Part shown: positions 1-9,722 of the stretch, piece by piece
How the letters are laid out: the number at the start of each line of letters is the position of its first letter
Numbering within the stretch: position 1 is the stretch's first letter
Assembly: GCA_049999805.1 (NCBI GenBank)
Contig: JBNGIO010006211.1
Span: 79,026-135,848, forward strand
Origin: Folioceros fuciformis
Taxonomy: Eukaryota
Direction of reading: 5' to 3'
Length of the DNA: 56,823 bases
Program-made: the position numbers and the translations under genes
Notes under the pieces: generated by a model
Seen by the model: the letters and a program-made list of their open reading frames with translations, nothing else
Databases searched by the model: none
What the model was told of the DNA's origin: nothing

Positions 1-80
1 GATCTGCATAGATCTAGAAATTCGTGCTTTGGATGTTCGCGCTATACGCTTTTAAGTTTCCCGCTTGTGACATTTTCTAG

Positions 81-2181
81 ATGGCGACAACAACAGTGAG
101 CCCAACCACGACACAGAGGACCAAGAGAACTGGGTGTTGGCAAGGAGGAAAGCGGATATTGTATCGCACCCTCTGTTTCCCGAGCTTCTGTCTGCTCATG
201 TCGCTTGCTTGCGCATCGCGACACCTGTGGACCAGCTGGGAACCATCGATGCACAGCTGTCGCAGTCACACCATGTAATCAATAAGTACCAGGCATTGAG
301 CCTGGATTCACGACCAGAAGATAATCCGGACAAGGAGGAGTTGGAGCAATATATGGTGATTACCATAGAACCACCTTTATCTAGAACCAATCAATGATTA
401 TATATATGTGGAGATAGGCTGACAAGTCGCTGTTTCACATCTGCAGGCGGACAACGTCATGCTGCTCCGTTCTTTCAAGGATCAGCTGCAGCAACATGTT
501 CGAGTACATGCTATGGAGGCTGTAATGTCTTGCTACGACCTGGAGAAGCAACTTGAAGAGCTGACTGGCGTTCGTAAGTCCCCCGTATTAAAGCCCAAGG
601 CTTGCATAATCTATAGATGCCACCTTAGGTGCCTGCATGGCTTGACGCTGGGAACGAGGCTTCAAGAGATTAACTGAAATGTGGTGGGTGTCTTCAGGGG
701 TAGGAGAATCTGGACAAACTTCTGGGTGCCTGATGTCAGATGACGAGGATGAGGCACATGGAGATAGTGATCTATCTGCTTATGATCCCAGCCTGGATGG
801 GGCTGAGAATGGGGGCTTCGGGCCTTTGATACCTACTGAAACAGAGCGCACTCTTATGGAACGCGTGCGGCAGGAGCTTAAGGCAGAGCTCAAACAGGCA
901 AGCCGAAAACTCTGATAAGTCTACTTAGCCATGGCAGCCAGGCCAGTCCGGAACTCTCTAGCATAGATGGACTATCTCTGGAAAGAGACTACTTATTCTG
1001 CAGGAGATCCCATTAATATATATATATTATACGATCCCAGACGTATCTTAAATTTGACGTCGGGGATTCGTTGCCCAGTAAGTGCTTATCGTGTTTTTTC
1101 GTTTCCCTTCTGGATGAGGAGTGTCATGCAAGTTGCAGTGGATCCACTGCTGCAGTACCTGCGCACCTCATTGTATGATCTGGCGTTTGAGAGTAAAGCG
1201 TTTTGGAGTTGTCAAGATTCTGTTTGTGCTGCAACAGAATCTGTATATGTATCGATCAAGGCTCTGATCAGATCTGCAGGATTCCTACATATGTCCATGT
1301 GTGGCAATCCACGGATCAGCTTTAGAACCTGCCAGAGTTGCATATGTGTGCAGGAGTGAAAGTGGCACAGGCCTCCGTGCATTTCACGAGAGTGGATACA
1401 GATGTGTTATATGAGGGCCGTTTAGATTTTTGCAAGCTCACATACCTCCGCCTGCTGATACCATCATAAGAAGCATCTTCTTATGAGACAGAAGCACGGT
1501 GTAGGTGTAGTGTGATGCTGCCTGATGGAACCTTGCTTGATTGCTAATAGTTGTCATTTGGGCGCAGGGATACAAAGCCAAGATCATTGACGTGAGGGAG
1601 GAGATATTGCGCAAGCGTCGAGCCGGCAAGCTGCCAGGTGATACAACGACGGTGCTGAAAACATGGTGGCATGCGCATGCTAAGTGGCCCTACCCTACGG
1701 TACATGCTCCACAGATGTTTTCTAGTCGGTATCGATATTCTTGCCCTGGTTAAGACATACATTCATCTGTATACTGGGATTCAGTCTAGGTGCCCGGAAG
1801 AAATTATTTCATCCACCGGTGTCCCCTGATTCAGACGTTGCTGCTCCTGTTCTTCCTTTGTGCACAGGAAGACGAGAAGGCACGCCTGGTGCAGGAGACT
1901 GGTCTGGAGCTGAAACAAATCAACAACTGGTTCATCAACCAGCGCAAACGAAACTGGCATGCTAATCCCTCTGCGGCAGCCGCAGCCAAGACAAAACGCA
2001 AAAGGTGCACCACAAAAACACACGCGTATAGCATACTTGTGGATGCCGCATCTGCATCAGTTGTTGTGGTATTCCCATGAATACGTTTACAGAAACTATT
2101 GGAACTCATATAAATTTGTCATTTGTGCAGCTAGGTTTGTGATCTTGCTGAAAAGGATGCTAGTACTTGTGTTGCAGGTGA
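81..2181 (+). CDS. KNOX2: Class II KNOX (TALE homeobox) transcription factor, 5' part outside the window. Exons ~81-355, 447-573, 698-897, 1568-1699, 1868-2004 and a tiny last exon (2178-2181 or 2131-2134)
   Basis: KNOX1/KNOX2 domains ([43 protein letters not shown]), ELK ([19 protein letters not shown]) and TALE homeodomain ([42 protein letters not shown]). Exon phases join correctly. Confidence 0.93.
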
Positions 2182-3143
2182 CCGTCTCCTGTACTTCTAG
2201 CAAGTCATGAAAGATGGAGCTTGCAGCACCTGAATGCGATGGAGTATCTGATACATGTACAGAGAAATAAGTATCCACCATACCTGAATCCCAAATACCA
2301 TGTGTCCTGTTTCTGAGAGGGCAGACTGAGATGGATGCAGACGCATGGATATCTAGCATTGCTTCGGCAAAGACGTGAGCAGGAGACATGGCTTATTGGC
2401 AAAAATGCAGGAGGACGAGGGGCCCAGAACAAGCAGATTAGAACCTCGCTCTCGTCCGTCAACACTAGAGCGCGGTTCTAGTTTGCTAGTTGTAGACATG
2501 CACCTAGCTTGGCGCCAGTGCTACCATTTATTACCGAAAGCGTCTGCATAGGAGCGAAGCTTTTAAGCCTGTAAAATACTAATTTATACTCACCTCGCCC
2601 ACCATACCTATTTAGTTCCCCGTGACATGCCGGAAACAGTGCAAACAGTCAGAAGACACGATTCCTGGCTCGGCTTTTCGGAATAATCCCCTGCAAACCT
2701 TTCTAGTTCACTGTAACACACTGGAAATAAAGCAAACAATCGGAAGCGACAACTCCTGGGTTGGCTTCTCGGAATAGTCTCTTGCCCTTCAGTTTGCAGG
2801 CCCGGTCCCAGTCCCATCCAGCATTCCCGACGCTGTGCACAAGACTGGCTGTTAAACTGGGAGAGCCAAACCCTACACGAGAATCAGAACACATGTGGGT
2901 GCAGCAAAGCTTCCCAATGGTGGTGATGATGCAGCTTGATTGCCTATGGCACAGGAGAGTCATCAATGCTCTCAGGTCACTAATCTTTTCACATCCTGTG
3001 GGAGATGAGAGCCGTAAAACGACGGAATGCTGCCCTGAGAAGTCTCTGTGCATCAACTCCGCGCACAGATAACCTTTCACACGTTTTGCTCTATTTGCCC
3101 CATCCGTGCACCCATTGGTCCAGCAAAACGATGCCATAGCATC

Positions 3144-5376
3144 TCAAGTCGTCAGAGTGACTGCCGAGGACTTGTCCTCCAGGTCGTTGTTGTAGTAAGA
3201 CCCGGTTGGGCAAGAGGAAGACGCAGGCTTGAACTCGTAAGGCCCTTGTCGAACTCCCCAAACCTACAAATCACAGCAGGCAGGCAAAATGTCATGCACT
3301 TGACAAGGCTTGACAGACAGAACAGACCTCTTCAAAGATTCCGATGACACTTCCGAACCTGATTGCCCTCATCATCATACGCACGATCCCAGCAGTGTAT
3401 CTCCCCGTTCCTATAGATTGTCAATTCTGATGTGCAGCGAGTGGCACCATTCTGCAACATAAATCCACACAGTTATAACATGACCGTCACAGGGACACTT
3501 GAACACATCCCAAAAGGCCGTGTCAGATATGTTGTACCCATGAATTTGGAAATCCACCAGGTGGAGTCGATCCTTCGTACAGGCAGCGTCGGCCCCGCTC
3601 ACAATGAGACAAGTAGACTGTAGTCAGGTGTTCAGCCATATCCTGCAAGTTCAACCCTAAAGCATCAATTGAGAAATTGCCCCTGACAACTTTCCCCATG
3701 GGTGACATGAGGCGTCCGAGCTCCAAGTGTGCAAGCACAGTTCTCTGACGAGAATCATAGCAAAACTTAATACCCCAACAATTTCTTCCGGCTGAGGCCG
3801 CTGATTTTTGGGTCGGTCACAAAAGTTTCTGTATTCTTCAATATCCCTCACAGCGTATGATGCCACCTGTATTCCCAAGCCCAGCTCCTTATCAGATTTA
3901 ACATTGAGCTAACCTCAACCAAGCCGCACAAGCTTGTGATGAAGGTGCTTCTTCCATGAGCATACCCACGAGGCAAAAGGTTTCAAAAGAACATGCACGT
4001 ACCTCCACATCGCACTTCATTTCCTTTGGGCAGGGCTTGACCAAGTAGAACCTCTGAATCCAACAGTCAGTACAATGTACTTATCAGCCGAGTAAACATA
4101 GCACGTTTGGCTTTTCCTGTATCAACCCTGGCTATCTCCAAAATAGGTCAAGAATTTTTCTTGGTATACTATTGCTACCTGCCGATACGGCCGTTCCGGT
4201 GTTCTCCAAAAGGCCTGAAACATGGATGCATACAACCCAGCTCAACATAAGGTTACCCCAACAAAAAAAATCGACCGCTTGATGCCGACAGAAGAGCACT
4301 AAAAACAGACGCTGCGTTCAGATGTTGAAAAAGAAGCGCAAATAATCAGTGTCACCTGTTCGAAGTACAACACTCTGGCTCCATCAGCAAGAACAGTTGC
4401 TGGACAGGTAAGTAGGCTGCGAGAGAGGGTAAGATGAGAACCACAATCCCGGCAACATAATTAAACTCACAAGTTCTCACTAGCTCCAGTCCAAGCACAA
4501 TAGACAGAGAGGCATGTACACCACCAGCAGTCACGTACATGAAACACCTAAAAACGACCAAAAACTGTGCCTAATGCTCACCGCAGGTTGAAGTAAGTCA
4601 TTGGATCCCGAGCTGCCTGACCTGTAGAAAACTGCAAGAAAACGGGCAACGTTCTATGTGAGTAAGTGCGGAAGGCCCATGTCAGCTCGCTACGAAGCAG
4701 TGGCTGTTGACCACCACATGAAGCCCTGTAGGAGTGTGTCACTTTAGTTCACTTTGCTGTGCTAACCCCTGGGAGTAACACTCAAAAAACCAGTGCGACA
4801 GAACATAGGAGCAGAGCGATGCTTACTCAGAAAGAGGGTATCTCCCAGAAAGAGGGTATCTCCCATCACACTCTCAGGAGAGAGCTCAATTGACACAACC
4901 CCATAAATCGTTCACAGCAAAATTCCCCAACCCTGTGAGCACACTACATTTCACAGACGACGAGTGCAGGTACCGCCTTTCCCCATTCTCAACGAGCTTG
5001 AGTTTAAACCTAATGTAAAATCGAGCGCAGAACGGGTCTCCGGGACGCCGCGAGCATGCATTCGACCCTAGACGACGAAGGACCGGGAAACCCAAGCCCA
5101 TCCAAGCAAGGTTGGTGAAACATTCGGCCGTCATGGCGAGGAACCAACCTTTTCCCCGCTCAGGGCCTGGGAAACAATGCGGGTGTGCTCCCACCGGGTG
5201 GTGGTTTTGGTGAGCCTGCGTATCAAAAACGCACCACCTAAGAGGCACACCGCCTTGAGCACCAAACTGCGCACCATACGCCCGCCATTGTGGTGCAGCG
5301 GGCCTCCATCTCCATTCCCCGACGGACCGGCCTCAAAACTGCCGTTGCCGGACGGTGTGGGCCTGTCACCAACCAT
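3144..5376 (-). CDS. CRL: CRUMPLED LEAF, plastid envelope CpcT/CpeT-like protein. Nine exons: 5376-5149, 4631-4582, 4416-4356, 4214-4179, 4053-4003, 3866-3774, 3642-3538, 3451-3359, 3263-3144
   Basis: Spliced translation LVLKAVCLLGGAFLIRRLTKTTTRWEHTRIVSQALSGEK|FSTGQAARDPMTYFNLR|..VLYFEQ|AFWRTPERPYRQ|RFYLVKPCPKEMKCDVE|VASYAVRDIEEYRNFCDRPK..|..CLYEGSTPPGGFPNSW|..WDRAYDDEGNQ|VWGVRQGPYEFKP matches plant CRL as recalled. All introns are GT-AG. Confidence 0.93.
4828..4863. repeat. 18-bp tandem duplication (CAGAAAGAGGGTATCTCC x2) in CRL intron 1
   Basis: Read directly from the sequence. Confidence 0.9.
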
Positions 5377-5620
5377 CCTCGCGCATCTGATGGCAGCTGC
5401 TCACAACGCGGATCCTACTACCCGCAGCTACAATGTCCAGCCCCCGTTTACATTCCTGGCCGCAACCCGGTACAGGCCACGGCCAATTGCGTCCGCGTCA
5501 AGCAGACGCCTCAGCCTGCTGCACTGTGAACTCAGCCGCGGAGACGCGCATCAGATTTTGGTTTGCACTGGACCGCCACAGAAGGCGATGTACAGCAGCA
5601 ACCAGACACACCGATGATCG

Positions 5621-5661
5621 CATACATACATACATACATACATACATACATACATACATAC
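5621..5661. repeat. (CATA)n microsatellite upstream of CRL
   Basis: About 10 perfect CATA units. Confidence 0.95.
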
Positions 5662-6169
5662 GTAGGTAAACGAGCCTCAGGCCACATGCCAACTGGGACG
5701 CCCAGTTAAATAGATTTCTTCTCTTCTCGGATTCTCCTCTGAGTGGGTGTTGGTTCCAGTGTGTTCACCCTTCTACGAAACAAAACCTTTGTGTCTTGGG
5801 ATTGTGGGAGGAAAGAAAGCCAAAACCCATCAAAGAGCAAGTGCGAGCAAAAGGAGCTGTTGTATACATCGAGCACATCAACAGGGAATAACCAAGAGGA
5901 GGTCGAGGTAAAGGACTTGTAAACCACATAGAAAGAGAAAGATGCATGATGTACAGCCTTGCGGAGAATCATCCATGCTACAAAATAGGCGTGAAGAAAA
6001 AAACTAGTATGTTAAACGAGTGAACCCCATTTTCAAGGAGTTTCTCAAGAAGCTTATGACTGCCAAACCGTAAACCAAAGGGCAATTTGGAATACACATA
6101 GATACCCTAGTTTGTAGTAAAGATAGCCTTGTCTTGGACTTTCTTGCATAGCGATATCCCATTGTATCC

Positions 6170-7010
6170 CGAATACCCATCTCAGACTCATCCACCCCCA
6201 CTATGTCTTCTCAGGCCCATACGAATACCCATCTCAGACTCATCCACCCCCACTATGTCTTCTCAGGCCCATATTCGCTCTGGTGTCTCGTAGGCAAGCA
6301 AGGACTCTTTACTTTTGGCTTAGGCAAGTGAGGATTGAGGCAAGCGAGGACTCTTTACTTTTGGAGGCTCTTGAGGCTCTATCTCCTTTTCTACGAAAGG
6401 GTTAAAGGGTCTCCATGCCTCCCTCCTAGAAAAGCGATATGGCCAAGCACTAAGAGCCCTTCTTTCCGATAAGCCCTTCTTTCCGACTTATCTATTAGCA
6501 CCACTAAGAGCCCTTCTTTCCGATAAGCCCGTCTTTCCGACTTATCTATTAGCACCACTAAGAGCCCTTCTTTCCAACTTTATCTATTAACACTAAGAGC
6601 CCNNNNNNNNNNTTCTCGGTTTGTATTGGCTTTTCTAAGGTAAAAGAGTGGGATCTTGGCTTTTTGCTCAACCTTGTATCCATGCCTTTCAAATCCCACC
6701 AACAATTTTCGCCACCTTTCAAATCCCACCAACAATTTTCGCCACCGTGATGAGATTTGAATTAGGTTTGGCCCACCCCCTTAACTTTTTCTCTCTCTAC
6801 ATGCAATTGTGGGGTTGCCATTGTCAATACAGGGTCTCGTCTGGCACATTGTTCCATTGGGGGGCACCAAATTGCCACCCATGACGTAATTCGAAATGTG
6901 ATGTTCCATTGGGGGGCACCAAATTGCCACCCATGACATAATTCGAAATGTGATGTTCCATTGAGGGGCACCAAATTGCCACCGATGACGTAATTCGAAA
7001 TGTGATGTTC
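6170..7010. repeat. Cluster of unrelated short tandem repeats: 52 bp x2 (6170-6273), GGCAAG..GGACTCTTTACTTTTGG copies (~6290-6365), ~52-bp CACTAAGAGCCCTTCTTTCCGA array (~6447-6602, runs into a gap), 30 bp x2 (~6686-6745), ~53 bp x3 (~6850-7010)
   Basis: Repeat units are visible directly. The region is AT-rich and contains an assembly gap at 6603-6612. Confidence 0.85.
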
Positions 7011-7019
7011 TCAATGGTT

Positions 7020-7330
7020 AGGGAGTATGGGTTTCTTTCATAGGGAGCATCCATATACTTTGTGCAAAGGGTTTCACTTTCATCCAACCTTTTTTTTACT
7101 AGGGGAGAATAGGTTTGTGTTGCCGATATGGTTGTTATGGATCTCACTACGAATTCAATTTGCAAGCACATCTTCATAAACCCCCTAGACGGGATGGCGA
7201 GGGTTGTACAAGGGCTAAAGTTCATAAGTATTCTCCCTTGCGAGATAAGCATACTTTCATCCCCTTTGCTCTTGAGACCTTTGGGGCTATGGGTACCTCA
7301 TCACCGATTTGTGCAGCTTGAAGACCTTAT
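7020..7330 (+). mobile_element. Decayed non-LTR retrotransposon fragment, restriction-like endonuclease (RLE) C-terminus
   Basis: Frame-broken VADMVVMDLT ... AKVHKYSPLRDKHTFIPFALETFGAMG resembles the D..D / K..KY / F.PF..ETFG pattern of RLE retroelements. Confidence 0.5.
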
Positions 7331-8289
7331 CACCGATCTATACAACTTGAAGTCCCACTACTTCAATCTTTGGCTCTTCTCTTCCATATGCCTCTCAACT
7401 ATCAACTTGTGGTGCCACTCTCTAACCCTTTAACAATCCAACAATGCTTTAACAATCCAAACAATTGTTAGCCTTTAGGAGAAACTTGACTAACCAGGGG
7501 CTCTTTATGAATGGTCTTCACCAACCTCTTCCTCCTTGTTCAGCTAAAGAGGTTCATGTTGTTTAGCCTTAAGCTTATAAACTAGGTTACTCAGGGATTC
7601 ATGTCAATGGCGATGACATTTTTGAAACATTGTGTAACTACAATTGAGACTTAAACCTACATATCCATCCAAAACCCAATGTCCTTTTGCCATACAACTC
7701 AATCAACTTCTTCAATAGCCACATTATAATGAGGTTGCTAATTAGTTTCTAACATGACAAGACTACTCGATCATCTGTTTTAGCGTAGCCACAAGCTCTA
7801 CTACCTTCTTTAAAAAACAATGGGTCACCCCCCTTTCAGTTCCCCCACTACCCCAAACCTCATCTTAGAGAACAATTGTTTTCATTGATAACGAAAATTG
7901 TTAGGTCACTGAATCCTTGATGGATGACCCAATTACTACATTCACCAGCATAATGTACCTAATCTAAAGACATGGCTCTCACATTTGTCTTATTTCGGAA
8001 ACATGAGGTCACTTCCTCAGTAGAGGACTCTTGCAAGACATCCCTAATCATGCTCATGTTATTTGAGAAAGGAAAATAACGACATGAAACACCCATGCTG
8101 TTGTTATAGCCTGAAATTGCATCATCAAATTTTCAATTTCCACTCAAAACGAGTACCAAACTTTCACGTCTAATCCTCATCTAATTCTTTGTCAAATCTA
8201 GTTGCATCAAAAGTGCAATCCTTACTCACTAACTTTATTGTATACAAAATATAATCTATGATTAAAAGTGTTTTCGGATTTCATCCATG

Positions 8290-9722
8290 GTCATCTGGTC
8301 GACCAGGTGCACACCCGTTAAGATCGTCCAGGTTGATTCCGCAGCGTAGGCAGCGGGTTTTGGCGTCTGCATGACACGGACGCTATTGGCAGTGGTCTGA
8401 ACCAGGTTGCGGCCAGGAATTGAAGAGTGTGCTGGATATTGTAGCTGCGGCAGTAGGATCTAGGGTGCCAGAAGCTGCGATCTGATGCGCCATGATGGTC
8501 TGTGACAGGCCTACCCCTTCCCGCTATGGCAGTCTTAGAGGCGGTCTGTCGTCGATTTGGATAGGTGGAGGCCCCCTCCACCACAGCAGGGGTCGTATGG
8601 TGCGCAGTTTCGTGGGCAAGGTTGTGTGCCTCTCAGGTGGCGCGTTTCTGATCCACAGGCTCATTATGATCGCTGCTCGGTGGGAGCGTACCTGTATTTC
8701 CTGGCCTTTATGGCGGAATATGTCATCAATCAGGTTGGATGGAGCTTGGGAGCCCGGTGCTTCATCGTGTAGGATCGAATGCAAGCCCGGGGCGTCCTGG
8801 ACATCCGTTCTACGCTCCAATTGTAGGTTAGGTTCACGCTCAAGCTCGTTCAGATTGGGGAAGTATTTTGCGGAGGTACTTGCAATCATCCCTTTGGGAT
8901 TTAGGCGTAGGCGATTCATTGGGTTGTGTCCAATTGAGCGGTCGCGTGAGCATGTGATTGGATATACTTAGAGCTTTGAAAGTTTCTCGAGCCATTATGC
9001 TTTTGTGCTGGTAGGAGGGTCGTTCTTTGAAAGTTGAATGAGGTCTATGCCAGCTTACCTGTGCCGTCGCCGTTCGGCTTGCAGATTTTTCCGGGTCAGG
9101 CTGGTCGAGCTCCAATGACTTACTTCAATGTTCGGTAAGTTTGTGTCATCTTTTTCTGGCTTGTTTGACTTGTACGTACGTGCCAGCGGGTAGTTGACAT
9201 GATCTATTGTGCTTGAGTTGGAACAAGTGACAACTGTCAAGGCAGAATATATGATCATAACTGTGGGTCTCAAGCTGACCACTAACTTGCAGGTTACTCA
9301 GTTGTCCAGCACCTATGCTTGCTGATGGAGGCAGAGTTTTGTATTTAGAACAGGTGACAATGAAATCTTGTAACACCTGCAATGCAGAGTTTGTTATGTG
9401 TGCTTCTCTGTATCTGCATCTCAGCGGTCCTTATTTTGTTAGAGGTGGTCATGAGCTGGGTTGTGTGCAGTTTGCCATGATTCATACTTCCTGTGGCACC
9501 CACGTTCCAGGCCTTTTGGAGATCACCTGACCGGGCCTATCAGCAGGTATAAACCCTAAACACGAGATCTTTCCGTACAGAAGGCAACCACATTTGGAAA
9601 CTTCATCTGGGGTGTCCTGTGCGAGTCCTTGTTTATTTGTTTTCTGTCACAAGTGTCTGACGTCTGGCCTCGCCTCTAGTGATTTCTAGGAATGGGGAAT
9701 TGAACAAGGGCCCTACGAGTGT
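8290..9722 (+). other. Inverted partial duplicate of CRL (5' flank, exon 1, exons 2-4, start of exon 9), probably the 5' exons of the PPR gene
   Basis: 8492 ORF MMVCDRPTPS..GPLHHSRGRMVRSFVGKVVCLSGGAFLIHRL is CRL exon 1. 9085-9134 IFPGQAGRAPMTYFNVR, 9293-9353 LLSCPAPMLADGGRVLYLEQ, 9511-9546 AFWRSPDRAYQQ and 9690- EWGIEQGPYE match exons 2, 3, 4 and 9. Confidence 0.9.

Noticed and set aside
967-1359. 130-aa ORF inside the KNOX2 GC-AG intron
   Set aside because: No recognisable homology and not needed for KNOX protein continuity.
5040-8810. Inverted CRL copies as a hairpin or siRNA source
   Set aside because: The copies are head-to-head, transcribed away from each other, diverged and ~2.7 kb apart, so a fold-back transcript is unlikely.
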